Shown here one piece after another: positions 44,877-56,538 of a stretch of 64,000 nucleotides of DNA. Position 1 is the stretch's first letter. Each line of letters begins with the position of its first letter. Origin of the DNA: Schizochytrium sp. TIO01 (taxonomy: Eukaryota; Protista; Bigyra: Labyrinthulomycetes); contig SMSO01000032.1 in assembly GCA_004764695.1 (NCBI GenBank), positions 1,240,001 to 1,304,000 on the forward strand, read 5' to 3'. The position numbers and the translations under genes are program-made. The notes below the pieces were generated by a model. The model did not search any database. It saw only the letters and a list, made by a program, of their open reading frames with translations, and had not been told where the DNA came from.

Positions 44877-45590
44877 ATGGCGGACAACACAGGAAAGAAT
44901 GAGCAGCCGCCGGGCAATCTGATTGGTGTCTGCGAGATCCTCTTGCAGCCTCTGTCTATGCTGCTTAACATCGACGAGGATGCTCCAGTGACTGATCTCT
45001 CGGGTCAACAAATTGGAAAACTCCATGTGAATTTAGAGCTTGGCCACATTGGAGCAGCTCCTGTAGCAAATTTTGAGCAAAGAAGCTCCACACGTCTCAT
45101 GCCTCGCGAAGGTGAGAGCGTAGAGGAGCAGTGGGCCCCTGTCAACTTTGCTGAGCACAAGGGTGAAAAGCTTCAAGTGAATTTACGAATTGGTGAGGCC
45201 CATACTTTGTCAGGAGCTGCGGCGCAAGGCGGGGTCTTTTTGCGCTGCTTGACTGACATTCAAAACATGAAGACGGAAGGCGTTCAACCGATCGTTATTG
45301 AGCCAGCTGGTGGTGTTAGAGGTCCTGAACTGTGCCTGAAGTTTGACTATTCGAAACTTTTCGAACCCTCATTATCGAAGTCTTTACAAGATTGGTTCTC
45401 GCTCAATACCTTGGAGCTGGAGATTTGGGGAACAGGCTCAATTGCTTCGCCTTTAACATCCCCGGCCGGCCCCGTGGATGATAGTGCTATGACCGCTTTG
45501 CGAGCTGAGAATGAGCGGTTAAAGGCAGAATTGGAACGAGCTACAGAGCTCGCAAAAAAACAAAATTCCAAAACATGCCAAATTTCCTAA
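44877..45590 (+). CDS. Protein resembling the non-motor C2-like tail region of kinesin-3 (KIF28/KIF13), with C-terminal coiled coil and CaaX box
   Basis: 237-aa ORF. LIGVCEILLQPL...APVTDLSGQQIGKLHVNL and KFDYSKLF...LQDWFSLNTLELEIWG; coiled coil ALRAENERLKAELE; ends SKTCQIS*. Confidence 0.6.
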   Translation: MADNTGKNEQPPGNLIGVCEILLQPLSMLLNIDEDAPVTDLSGQQIGKLHVNLELGHIGAAPVANFEQRSSTRLMPREGESVEEQWAPVNFAEHKGEKLQVNLRIGEAHTLSGAAAQGGVFLRCLTDIQNMKTEGVQPIVIEPAGGVRGPELCLKFDYSKLFEPSLSKSLQDWFSLNTLELEIWGTGSIASPLTSPAGPVDDSAMTALRAENERLKAELERATELAKKQNSKTCQIS

Positions 45591-46228
45591 GGTATTGAAA
45601 ACTGTTGTTGATTACAAGTGGGCCAAAGATTCAATACGCAAGCCTAGCATATAGAAGGAAATATCGCTGTTCATTTGTTGAGCTCCATGCCTTGCTGTAG
45701 AGGTCTGAAATGGCACAAATAAAGAAAGATAAAGCCGGATAGCTCAATAAGCCTGTATTATACATTTAGACACAAACATCGTTGGCTTTCTATTTATTAT
45801 CTGCTCCAAGCTGAATTCACCTTTTGCACAACGCAACGCAGCCTCTTGCCTGATCGCAGAGTTTCTTTTATCCTACCTACCTCTCATTGTCTAGGTAGGT
45901 GCCGATACCTATACCTGCTACAGGTTACCTAAAGTACGCACCCAGTTTTTACTTTCTTCAATATCGCACACACCTTGTCGTCTTCTTTTCTCATGATCAT
46001 GAACAGCCCCACAAATTTATTAATTAAGCTTTAAGCCTTCTCAAAGATGGCTTCCCTCACTCATTCACTCACTCACTCACTCACTCCTCTGTCACATGGC
46101 CTGCCAGACCTAAATGCGAGGAGGCCACTATGCGGCAGTCACCTTCTCCGCTGGAAAAGACCATGGACTGGGCCTGCAACTGCGAGAGCCTCGCTGCAGT
46201 GAACTCTCTGAGCTCGTGCATAATAAAT

Positions 46229-46280
46229 CAAAGCAAAGCAAAGCAAAGCAAAGCAAAGCAAAGCAAAGCAAAGCAAAGCA
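46229..46280. repeat. (AAAGC)n microsatellite upstream of YKT6
   Basis: Ten AAGCA units at 46231-46280. Confidence 0.97.
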
Positions 46281-47072
46281 ATATGAAAGCACTTTCTTCG
46301 TGTTCTTCTTCTTTCTTGTTCTGCTCAGGGATGTTGTCCCAGCCAGAGTTTTCTCCGGTGAAAACTCGGTCGCAGCGTTGCTCAACTTGAACTGCACCAA
46401 ACTACCGACCGCGGCATCGAGAATCAAATATCGAAAGCGTAGACGGCCGAGACTCGAAAAGCCTCTGACGGTTCTCTCGTTTTTCGAGGTTTGATTGTGA
46501 TTTTTGACGATCACAATCAATCACATTTCCACAGAGAAAATTGCCACGAAATTGAAAAAATATTGTTCCACCTTCTGATTAGGATAAACAATAAGAGTAA
46601 ATAGGAGGAGGTAGGTACATCTTTATTTATTTATAGAGTAACAATGAATGCATTTCCTATTGTTCCTTTCGCTTTCTTCGGTTTCTTTGATGACCTTTCA
46701 TCTCCGCCTCCTTTCATGATCTATATTCTGCCGAGTATGCTAAACTTGCTCTCTTGTCTGCTCCTCCAAGTTCCACATGTCCTTCGTGACCTCCTCGGAG
46801 CCCCCGACGCCTCCATAGGCTGTTCGCGAGGCTTTCCATCCACGTCATGTTTGCAGCGCCTCGTTTGTTCTTCTCTGTTTCTGTTTTTCTTTTCTTGTTA
46901 ATTGACTGCTTGAATCATTCGCCAGCACGTTGAGCCTTGTGCAAACACCAAACAAACTATCCGACAAGCGTTGCGTGAGAACCTCGTGCGGGTTGAGTTT
47001 TGGAGCTGGCTTGGGGATCAGACGCAGACAGAGCCTTGGTTTAGATAAACTCACACAGATCCGCTCGGCACC

Positions 47073-47675
47073 ATGAAGATCACGGGCATGTCCATTTTGA
47101 GATGGCGGGATGACACCCAGGAGCCGGTGTACCTTGCCTCGGCCACTGAGCTCTCGAGCTATGGCTTTTTCCAAAGGAGCACAGCAGCGCAGTTTGTCAA
47201 GTTCATTTCGCGCACGCTGATCAAGCGGACCCCCCCGGGCAAGCGTCAGACTGTGGAGCACGAGGGAAACAACGTGCATACATACCTTCGCTCCGATGGT
47301 CTCGGAATTGTGGTTGTGGCAGATGCAGAGTACCCTGAGCGTGTCGCGTTTACGATCATGTCGCAGCTTCTTGACCAGTTCCAGGCACAGTATGCTGCTC
47401 AGTGGCCAACCATTAAAGACGATACTGCTCTGCCATTTGAGGCTCTCGACAAGGCCATCATTGAATACCAGGACCCAGCCAAAGCTGATAAGATCACCAA
47501 GATCCAGAAGGACCTTGATGCCACCATGGAGGTCATGCACAAGACAATCGACTCTGTACTTGAGCGCCAGGTTAAGCTCGACAAACTTGTGGAAACCAGT
47601 GAGGACCTCAGCATGCAGTCTAAAGCGTTCTACACGACCGCCAAGTCTCACAATGAGTGCTGCACCATTTGCTAA
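47073..47675 (+). CDS. YKT6: YKT6 longin R-SNARE
   Basis: ELSSYGFFQRS, EYPERVAF, YQDPAKADKITKIQKDLD, TIDSVLER, LDKLVETSEDLSMQSKAFYTTAK and C-terminal CCTIC (CCaaX). Confidence 0.97.
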   Translation: MKITGMSILRWRDDTQEPVYLASATELSSYGFFQRSTAAQFVKFISRTLIKRTPPGKRQTVEHEGNNVHTYLRSDGLGIVVVADAEYPERVAFTIMSQLLDQFQAQYAAQWPTIKDDTALPFEALDKAIIEYQDPAKADKITKIQKDLDATMEVMHKTIDSVLERQVKLDKLVETSEDLSMQSKAFYTTAKSHNECCTIC

Positions 47676-48845
47676 GTGTAAGACAGCACGTCCTATCCTT
47701 GTCATCAATCGATGAACCCTTGGGTATCTCCTGATTTTCGCTGCGTCGATTTTCTCGAATAGAGCGCAATGTGACACCTCCAGCGAAGCTCTGGGGTCGT
47801 TTTCCAATTCTCCCTTCGTTTATCCTTATCATGATCACATCTACTAGCATTCTTCGTTACACCCTGGATCATGTACGGAGCCCTGAGCTCTATACCTTTG
47901 CCCATTCACAGCGCATGTAAACAAGCACCCCTAACTCGCAAAATTTTGCTCGTCTACGCTGCGGTGAGCCTGGCAAGCTTGCAAATGCTTTTCACCTTTC
48001 GGCTAAGGCATTCATCGTTTCCTTATTTCTCCTATAATTCCAAAACGATATTTGTTGTGCAGAATAACCATTACCCTTCAAAGGGTTCGGGGGCCCTTGT
48101 TAGTTATTTTCTGGTATTCAGCCCTTTCCTGCTATACTGTCAAGCTCAAATTATTTGCTTTTTTGGAGCATCAGGTGTAATATTATAATAATATGTATTG
48201 GATATTGTGACGATGCGCTGGTTGGTCTAAAAATGTATACAAACAATCAGCCATACCAACTTCAAACTAAATGCGTAACACCACACATGTTATAAATGCG
48301 AAGCTTTTTCTAGAAGCTGGAATACAAAAAACGAAAAACTACAAGAAAAACATTTCAGCCATTCCGAATATATTACTCTCAGACCTCCCTCGAAGACTAC
48401 GAAATAACAGATTTACATCTTACCTGAACTTTGTCAGCACATGTGCCTTCAATTTCAAACAACATGTTAAAGAATAAGAGAGGCTGTGATGGTAATTAGA
48501 CTGTTGTTTAGAATTTTGTTTTTCTTAGACCTTAAACTCATAAGAATTTCATGGTAGTAGGGGTACCTACACATAACTCTCTCTCTCTATATATATATTA
48601 CTTCTCTTTTTTAATTAAAAAAAATATTAAAATTGATTTTTTTTTAACTTCGAAAAAGAAATGGAGCGACGGTTGGCAACAGCAAATAGAGAGTTCAAAG
48701 AAACTCTGTTGTCTCCATTTTAGTCTTAACTCGCCGAGCAAACAACAATCATAGGTAAAGCGTACAAAGTCCAGGTCGCTCTCGAGATTTCCAAAGTCTA
48801 GGTTTCTCGCAGCCTGTAAACGCGCGAAAGGAGAAGAAGGAAAAG

Positions 48846-49163
48846 ATGGACAAATCCACCGAGCAGCAGCTTCGCGTCAAGGTTGGCGTGCTCAAGCGTG
48901 CCATCAAGGAGCATAAGATGTACTCTGAGGAGGTAAAGAAAACCGAGGCCCAGCTTGAGAACATGGGTCCCGAGCATGATCGCTTCCGCCAAATTTCTGA
49001 TACTCTCAACGAGTCCAAGACTATGCTTTCTGATGCTAAGGGACGTGTCTCTGAAGCTCAATCGTCACTTGAGGCCTTTCTTGAGGATAACAGGGTTCCA
49101 GAGGACGCGGCTTTGTACACCGAGGCTAATGACTTCATGAAACAGGCCACCGAAGTGAACTAA
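48846..49163 (+). CDS. TBCA: Tubulin-specific chaperone A
   Basis: 105-aa helical protein QLRVKVGVLKRAIKEHKMYSEE...LNESKTMLSDAKGRV. Confidence 0.9.
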   Translation: MDKSTEQQLRVKVGVLKRAIKEHKMYSEEVKKTEAQLENMGPEHDRFRQISDTLNESKTMLSDAKGRVSEAQSSLEAFLEDNRVPEDAALYTEANDFMKQATEVN

Positions 49164-49603
49164 ATTGTTTGCTTACCTACTGCAAACCTGTGCGAGCAGG
49201 TAGCCAATGATCAAGAGTCGGCGAGACCGCATCCCGAAATAACTAGTTTTCGTGCAGTCAGCTTCAACATCTGATTCCCTCATGGAGCGGGAAAAGGATC
49301 TCGACGACATATTTCCTTTTTTTACCAATGAAACCACTCTGTTTATCATAATTCCCCAAAATTATTTTGCTCCTTTGGCGTGATTTTGCAATAAACTTTC
49401 TTGAGTTGCTAACGAATAGTTCCTGCTAATTTAAGACTTCGCCCTGTGGATTTATCAAAGTCACAAGGATGTTTTTTTTATGACTACAAGGCACGTGTTT
49501 ATTCTTTTGAAATAATACCGAAACGAAAAACCAATGCAATCATCATGACTACTCAGGATGTACCTACTAGTAAACAACATATTTTTTCTTATGGGTAGAT
49601 ATA

Positions 49604-51355
49604 TTAAAACTCGCGCAAGGAGAAAGAGCGCTCCTCGGCGATCTCAGCATCACGACCGCGGCGACGCTCAAGGCGAGTCCGGTAGCGGGAAATCAGTTGC
49701 TTTCCTTGTTGAACCATTTCTTGATTGTATCCACCTTCAGAATCACCAGGCTCGTTGTGCGTCTCGACGCCAATCATATTGAGCAAGCGATCGAGGACAC
49801 GGAAATATGTACATACTGCAAGAAGCAGGATGAGTAAAGGCAAAAAGAAAATGTACGAGTCTCCAAGGATAGGCACTACATTCATCTCCCCAATCACAGA
49901 ATAGAAAGCAAGCGCATGGCGGTCATCTGTCATGAGTTGAGTAGTATAGTTCACGCCAAGTGAGAATTGAATTCTGCCCAAGTAAGACGCGTTCGCCAAA
50001 AGATTTGTCACGTCTGTTTGCCGATGTCCCGAAAGAGTGAGTTTATCAAGACGTTTGAACTTGAACAAACCAACATATACGCACGAAGTCAGATATGAGA
50101 GCGGCAAGATGCAGCAAAGCCAACGGGTGAAGAGAGAATTCGAATAATGAACCATGAGAGCGAAGACGGAGACCTTGCTTGATACTGATGAAGCGCATTC
50201 ATTCCAGAGCACCACAAGCGTAAATAATACAGCAAGTATTGCAAGACCCTGAAGAATTTTGTAGTAAATTTTCATTCTCTTCGGCGTTCTCAGGATGCCC
50301 GCATTTGAGGAGTCCTCTGCTAATGCTGATTCGGCAAGTTCACGAGAGGAGTTTAGACCTCCGGCCTCCATACTACCTGCATCAAGTCTCTGGTACAGCG
50401 AGCTTTGATTCTCAAGAACACGAATCTTTTCCTCCAATTTGGCAGTAGAGTCAAGATGCGATTTCCACTGAAATTTGGACCGCCGTGCACGCGTTGCTGT
50501 TAATTTCAATCGTGAATGCAACTGCTCTAGAGCCGACAAGGCATCCTTTCCTCCTGTGCTATCCATGGACGTACGCCGTACACGTTGACCAGCCATTGAA
50601 CGTTCTTCAAGACATACGTCGCGAGCAACCTTTGCCTTGGCTTTCACCTGATCTAAGTATACTTGCAAAAGAATGTCCCCGTCACATGTGAAACGGTCTA
50701 CCTCGTCCAGGATATCCATAAGGTCTGCCTGGGCATCCATCATTTGCTCTTCAGCTCGCGAAGCTGAGCAATAGTAATAGTCTAACATACGACGGGGGTT
50801 CGTCTTTTCCACAATCTCACGAGGAAGCTCTACCAGGCCATATCCAAGCAGCATGACCACAATGAAGAGTCCGTAGGTATTAGCGGCTGCAAATACGAAG
50901 CCTGTGACCTTGGAAATTTCAAAGTTTTGCTTAATCAACACAAGTAAAAGAGCGACGACAAGAACGGCTAGTAATTGAAGCCAAAACTTGATGTTAGAAA
51001 TAATCGCAAGACGCAACCGACGTTTCCATGTAAAAGCGCCTGAGATCCAGTAAGAATTCGCAATAGGGTTGATTACCCAACAGCAAAGTGATGTGAGCCA
51101 GTAATTAGTTCTCCACAGAGCAACCAGTGGCGTAGCCGCATCTTCTTCCTCAATAAATGCAGATGTTGCAACATCGATTGGCAACAAAACACCCAAGGCA
51201 GTGATTCCCATTAGCCATACACCACCGACAAGGAGCAAATAAGGCCATGGGGTGTCCTCGTGAGCATAAAAATGCAACCTGCGCCACACCCAAATCAAGC
51301 AGAAAGAGATCGCACATACACTCAAACCAGCCACCGCTCCAGCAGAGACCGTCAT
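49604..51355 (-). CDS. LMBRD2: LMBR1-domain membrane protein (LMBRD2-like)
   Basis: LLPIDV, LWRTNYW, SGAFTWKRRL, AAANTYGL, LLGYGLVELPR, NLLANASYLGR and MNVVPILG; multiple TMs. Confidence 0.88.
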   Translation of the reverse strand: MTVSAGAVAGLSVCAISFCLIWVWRRLHFYAHEDTPWPYLLLVGGVWLMGITALGVLLPIDVATSAFIEEEDAATPLVALWRTNYWLTSLCCWVINPIANSYWISGAFTWKRRLRLAIISNIKFWLQLLAVLVVALLLVLIKQNFEISKVTGFVFAAANTYGLFIVVMLLGYGLVELPREIVEKTNPRRMLDYYYCSASRAEEQMMDAQADLMDILDEVDRFTCDGDILLQVYLDQVKAKAKVARDVCLEERSMAGQRVRRTSMDSTGGKDALSALEQLHSRLKLTATRARRSKFQWKSHLDSTAKLEEKIRVLENQSSLYQRLDAGSMEAGGLNSSRELAESALAEDSSNAGILRTPKRMKIYYKILQGLAILAVLFTLVVLWNECASSVSSKVSVFALMVHYSNSLFTRWLCCILPLSYLTSCVYVGLFKFKRLDKLTLSGHRQTDVTNLLANASYLGRIQFSLGVNYTTQLMTDDRHALAFYSVIGEMNVVPILGDSYIFFLPLLILLLAVCTYFRVLDRLLNMIGVETHNEPGDSEGGYNQEMVQQGKQLISRYRTRLERRRGRDAEIAEERSFSLREF

Positions 51356-52416
51356 TATTCTATCTACGTGAACTTGCTATGCCCTCACAGATAACTGCAT
51401 GAAAGGTAATCTTCTACGCTTGCAATCGTTCAAAGCTTTGTTCTAAGCAGATTTGGCTTCTCCGTTTCGAAGTCTCAGGTTTGGGGAATACTATCAGGCG
51501 CAATCACTCAGGTAGCACAAGGCAAGCCAAATGGTCTAATTAGAACTTTGCAATGCCCAGGAGTTGGCCTCTTGTTGCCCAGAATTATGTCGCGGGTGCC
51601 ACTGTGGCTGCTCCAGCTAACTTGGACTTGAGGGCGCGTAATCGCGAGGAAAACGCCTCCGGTAAGTTTTCTTTTCACCCGCTATACCTGGTGAATAGTG
51701 CCACCACAACGCCGCGATTGTACGTCTGTTTGCCACAACTCAGAGCAGTGCGAGTGAAGCCACTTTAGGAGGTCTGTCACCGTTGGACTCTAATGCAGAC
51801 AAAGAGAGGTCGTCTTGGTTTTGTCTTTTCATTCGTACCCAAGGAGGAGAAGAAAGTAAAAGGACGAATGAGTCATTATACAAATTCAGGTAGGAATGTG
51901 TTACTAACTAAAATATTAACTAATACTGATGCTCCAGTAGGTAGTAGTATTATGGTGGTGGAAGAAATGCCGAATATTGTGTAATTCAGCGTTGAGGACC
52001 AGAAGACAAGTGCGAGCTATCGATTCAAAGAGCTGACAACTCAATTAATATGCCGGTACTAGCTAAGTAGTTTAAGAAACCAACATCAGATTTTACTCCC
52101 TAAAGCTTTAGCGACAGCGCTTATTTAGTTCGTACTACATTTTTCAATAGATCGTAGGAGAGAAAAGCAAAAAAAGAGTGAAGGATCCTACTACAGAGAA
52201 ATCATTGCAATAATTCCCTTGTAGAATAACTGTATCAAACAAAGAAGAAGATTGAGATTATTGTCAGATTTAATAGTCAGACAGAATAGAACAAAGAAAA
52301 TAACAAAGAAACACCGCCTTTGCACTGACAAGACGAAGACAACGAAATTTAGTGGAAGAATAAAAGAAGAGGGAATGTGAAAATCCACCATTCGAAGGTC
52401 GCAAGATTGCTCTTGC

Positions 52417-55400
52417 TTATTCAAGCCCAAAACCAATTGAATGCTCAAGTGCTAAGCACAAACGGTCCCGCATCTTTTCCTCTGAAGAATAATCGGGTAG
52501 CATAATGGTGTTAAAGCATGTATGGGACGTGGGCAATTGATCTGTATCTGGGCCTGCGCGTTGTACCTTAAATGACATTAGGGCAGCAAGACCACCAACA
52601 GGGGACTTTGGAGAACCGGTGGTAAACCGAAGAAATTGCTGTTTCTGATCATACGAGAATGAATTCACAATGTGCCAGAATCGTTTGACTGTTTCATGAT
52701 CCTCATCGTATCCACCTTCGTAAGACGCGATTCGATGCAGCTCGTCAAAGTCCAACTCAGGTGTTCCGCATACAGCGAGCTCAAGCTCATCTGGCTCAAA
52801 GAGGTTCAAGGATGGAATATCGTTCGGAATTACGCGATTGAAACCCTCGACAAGATCCTTCGCATTTGCGCCAATGCTGTCGACGACTAAGTATTTGACA
52901 AGGGCGTCAACATATTCATTGCGATTATCCAAAGTCACAGCAATGTCTGCACCACCTCGAACAAGCTCTACATCGCGACGAACGCCAAAGATATCAACGG
53001 ATACCTCAAAGTTCTGCATGAAGACATCCTCAAAGTCGGGCTCATCATACTCGAGCAGGGACTTCACATTTTTAGCGAGAGAAGCGTCAAGTTCCTCCAA
53101 GTTATCTAAGGTTGGCTTGCGAGGAACCTTATTTAGCAGAATACGCCAAAATAACAGAGGGAACTGTACGTCTAACAACGTCGAATTATAAATTGCCAAT
53201 CCGATGAGAGTGCCTACCAGAAGGTAAGGGCGACTTGCGTCGGCAAGATCCTCATCAAACACATTAAACCAGAGCGTGTTGGTATCACCATTGCGACGAA
53301 AAAGACCGCAATCTGGCTGGAAAAGCTGCGCTGACAAGAGTTGGAAGAACTCTTTTCGAACACCACCCGCATCAAGGCCTTGTTCGCCAACAAACTTGAC
53401 ACGCAAAGGTTTGCGAAGCTCGGTTGATTGACCGCGAGTATTCTCGATCTGAGACATTGTATCCTCCAAAAGGTGAGTACGGCGCACGTTCAGAGTGTAA
53501 AAAGGTTCACTGCTAAAAAGACGGCTAACAAGGATATTGCGCAATTGGGTAGTCTGATCCTCAACCTGCAAAATCCGTCGCTTCACGCCAGCACTTAGGA
53601 GGAAGGGATAATCAAATAAGTTAAATTCGTGGACCAAGGCATGTGTCGCTGCGTTTCGTCCCAAGTATGCTTCCTGGTGGCGCAGCTGTTGCCGAGTTGC
53701 CAGAATCTTACGCCACCTTTCGAGTGTTTTACCAAGTTCTTCATTGTCAATATCTTGCATATGCTTGGAGTAGAAGCGAGTATGATCAATACGTGACATT
53801 GAAGAGTTGTCGCGAGGGCGGCTCTGGTTGATCCGATAGAGGTAACGTAAGAGAGTGCAAACTTCCTTGCATGTATCGTCAAAACGGGTAAACATGACAG
53901 ACTTGTCAAGCAGCCCCAACAGAGGATCAACAAGGTATGCGGCAATCAGGTTCGAGTTAATGTCATATTTGATCCATGAAAGGAGAACATCACGAGAGCG
54001 CGATGGAAGCTTACGGAAGGTGGCAACCAGGAGATCGTACTCTTTTGGTGTTGCGCGCATAAATGGGGACATAAAGAGCACCAGGAAGACTCTAAGCTGG
54101 TCGGGTTCAGTCAAATGACTAGCTGCTTCGTCGAGCTGGCCAATGATTGGTGCAAGTCGCTCACGCAAGTACATCGAAGCTGTCTCAGGTCCCATTGTTG
54201 TTTGAAACGATTCAAGAAGCGCTTCCATACCAGAGAGCATGGACTCAAACTCAATACAAGAGTTCCGCTTCTCGTCAAATTTGTCTGGGCTCGATCTATG
54301 TGTTGAGGAGTATGTGCCAGTCAGGAAACTGGAGTTTAGGGTACAGAAATCAAAAAGTTCAAGGTTCACCGAGCGACGAAAGGTTCTTACGGACTTGCGG
54401 CCTTGTTTGCCAAACTTAATAAGGATGTCTTCTGCTAAAGCAGAGAGGTCACTGCCAGTGAAATCAAGAATAACTTGTTTGGGCCAACCTCGAGACATCA
54501 CTTCGCGTCGATCAAGGGTATCATCGTCAGAGGACAAAGCGAAGATACTTTCTCCACCAGCTGAAATAGACACCACATTTGCTGTTTCATCTAGTGCTCT
54601 GACAAACCCAGGAAGAATCTCAGTTTGGCCGTCGTCAGTAGGAAAGCTATCAATTTCGCTTTCTTCCTCGCCCCCGCTTGAGGATACGCGCTCATCTGTG
54701 CGACTTCCGCTACTACTTTCATCGGAGGAATTATGTCGAGACAAGTCAAAAGAGGACTCTTCATCAATGGTATCGTTTCCATGGGCAGAGAAACGAGGAA
54801 GTTTAAGATCTGAGATGCCCCCGGATGACAGCCGCGGACCCCGAATTGCGCTCTTAAAGGTACCGAAGTCGTACATTTTCTTCTCGGGAGCAGAATTGCC
54901 GGCCACATACACAGCTCCATTTTCGAAAAGCAAGACTGTCGAATGTTGAGCTGCAGCAACCTGCACTGGGATATGAGGAAAGCTAGAAAGCGCTTCAAGG
55001 CGCCGTGGAGGAGTTACATTACGATGAGTCTTCTTGGGTGACATGCCAAGTTGCCCTTGGTCCGGACGACCACAAACATAAACCCCACCTGCTACAGTGA
55101 GGAACACAGTATGCTCAGCACCGCACGCAACCTTTGCAACAGCGCGGGAGAGAACAACCCGGTCAGGTGAGGTGCAAAATGAAGGTGCGCCCTTCCGGGC
55201 AAAGCCAAGCTGGCCATGTGAGTTGCTACCCCAAGCGTACACCCGGCCTGTTGAAGAGACTGCACAAACATGGTTTCCTCCAGCTGCAATTTGTACAATA
55301 GGGTTTCCGTCCAAAGCACCGCGTACCATTTTCGGGGAAGCACGATTCTCCCCATCACCGAGACCTAAAACACCATCAAGGTTTCCACCGAAAGAGAACA

Positions 55401-56538
55401 CGCGACCTCTTTGGCTCAACAAGAGGGTCGAGCTTCCTGTGCAGGCAACCTGGATAATAATTTCATGCAATTTTTCCACAAGCCTTGGTCCAACATTGTA
55501 GATATCTCTGTCCCTTGAGTGACCAAGCTGACCAGCCTCATTATTGCCCCAGGTTATGACCCGGCCAGCCGATGTGAGTACTGCAGTGTGAGCATCACCA
55601 CACGAGGCCTGGACAATGTGCTGCTTAGAAAGAAATGAATCCGCAATGGGCATAGGATTATGCATAAAGTCTTCGGCCTGTTTGTCTACATGGAGTTGCC
55701 CCTCACTATTATCTCCAGCGCCAATAAGTTTTCCATCTGCCGTTACAGCAATTGAGTGAGATCCTGAGGCGCCTACCTGTACAATGCAGAGGCTATCAAG
55801 GATCCCCGAGCACGAGCTCACATCACGAGAGCTCGTCTCAGCGCACCTGCCACCTTCTCTAAGCAGCTGGCCGGCTGAATTGTCGCCCCATGCGAGTAAA
55901 TGGGTAGGCGCAGGGCCTCCTGGAACTGTATATACACTCTCCGCTGCATCAGCATTCTTTATTAGGCGACCATCAGCGGGATTCTGAGTAGAATCTCGAG
56001 CTTTACTGCGCCTAGTATCGAACTTCTGCGCAGCCGAGTCTCGCATGCGACGACTGATGCGTGCGACGACGCTCAGTGCCCTTTTGCTGCTCTTACGAAG
56101 TGATAGCTTTGCTTGCGGATTCGCAAGCTGAGCGCCGCCAAGGATGCTACGTCTTGAGATACGGTTTTCCTGATTAGCAAGATGCACAGCACCAGCAGAA
56201 TTTTGTGATGTTGCATAGTTCCGCGACCCAGAATTCCTAGAAACACCTTCACCATAGTCTTCATCATGGTCATTTCCAGCTCCAAAAGAGCCAACCTCGC
56301 ATCCTTCACTTTCGTCAATAAATTCTTCAGTGGAAAGCCTAGACCGACCATGGTTCATTGCCCGCACTTCATCCCTAAATCCATGACCTTCCCCGGTCTC
56401 CGATGTTGTCGTACTCTGAGTACCAGACCGCGATCTGTGACTTCCTCGCCGAAACAAGCTAAAGCTAGGCTTTCTTGAAGAAGCTGTGCTCGCCTCGCTC
56501 TCCCCACGAGCTCTTGAACCCGTGCGACTGCGAAGCAT
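52417..56538 (-). CDS. Small HERC-type E3 ubiquitin ligase (RCC1 repeats + HECT)
   Basis: RCC1 repeats (WGDNSAGQL, SCGDAHTAVLT, WGNNEAGQLG, AAGGNHVCA, WGSNSHGQLG, ACGAEHTVFL). HECT with LRKPLRVKFVGEQGLDAGGVRKEFF, FLRFTTGS and catalytic PTSHTCFN. Confidence 0.95.
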   Translation of the reverse strand: MLRSRTGSRARGESEASTASSRKPSFSLFRRGSHRSRSGTQSTTTSETGEGHGFRDEVRAMNHGRSRLSTEEFIDESEGCEVGSFGAGNDHDEDYGEGVSRNSGSRNYATSQNSAGAVHLANQENRISRRSILGGAQLANPQAKLSLRKSSKRALSVVARISRRMRDSAAQKFDTRRSKARDSTQNPADGRLIKNADAAESVYTVPGGPAPTHLLAWGDNSAGQLLREGGRCAETSSRDVSSCSGILDSLCIVQVGASGSHSIAVTADGKLIGAGDNSEGQLHVDKQAEDFMHNPMPIADSFLSKQHIVQASCGDAHTAVLTSAGRVITWGNNEAGQLGHSRDRDIYNVGPRLVEKLHEIIIQVACTGSSTLLLSQRGRVFSFGGNLDGVLGLGDGENRASPKMVRGALDGNPIVQIAAGGNHVCAVSSTGRVYAWGSNSHGQLGFARKGAPSFCTSPDRVVLSRAVAKVACGAEHTVFLTVAGGVYVCGRPDQGQLGMSPKKTHRNVTPPRRLEALSSFPHIPVQVAAAQHSTVLLFENGAVYVAGNSAPEKKMYDFGTFKSAIRGPRLSSGGISDLKLPRFSAHGNDTIDEESSFDLSRHNSSDESSSGSRTDERVSSSGGEEESEIDSFPTDDGQTEILPGFVRALDETANVVSISAGGESIFALSSDDDTLDRREVMSRGWPKQVILDFTGSDLSALAEDILIKFGKQGRKSVRTFRRSVNLELFDFCTLNSSFLTGTYSSTHRSSPDKFDEKRNSCIEFESMLSGMEALLESFQTTMGPETASMYLRERLAPIIGQLDEAASHLTEPDQLRVFLVLFMSPFMRATPKEYDLLVATFRKLPSRSRDVLLSWIKYDINSNLIAAYLVDPLLGLLDKSVMFTRFDDTCKEVCTLLRYLYRINQSRPRDNSSMSRIDHTRFYSKHMQDIDNEELGKTLERWRKILATRQQLRHQEAYLGRNAATHALVHEFNLFDYPFLLSAGVKRRILQVEDQTTQLRNILVSRLFSSEPFYTLNVRRTHLLEDTMSQIENTRGQSTELRKPLRVKFVGEQGLDAGGVRKEFFQLLSAQLFQPDCGLFRRNGDTNTLWFNVFDEDLADASRPYLLVGTLIGLAIYNSTLLDVQFPLLFWRILLNKVPRKPTLDNLEELDASLAKNVKSLLEYDEPDFEDVFMQNFEVSVDIFGVRRDVELVRGGADIAVTLDNRNEYVDALVKYLVVDSIGANAKDLVEGFNRVIPNDIPSLNLFEPDELELAVCGTPELDFDELHRIASYEGGYDEDHETVKRFWHIVNSFSYDQKQQFLRFTTGSPKSPVGGLAALMSFKVQRAGPDTDQLPTSHTCFNTIMLPDYSSEEKMRDRLCLALEHSIGFGLE

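Noticed and set aside
35956-47807. Long antisense ORFs over GrpE, DDX24 and YKT6 (e.g. 35956-36816, 46845-47807)
   Set aside because: Antisense shadows of codon-biased genes.
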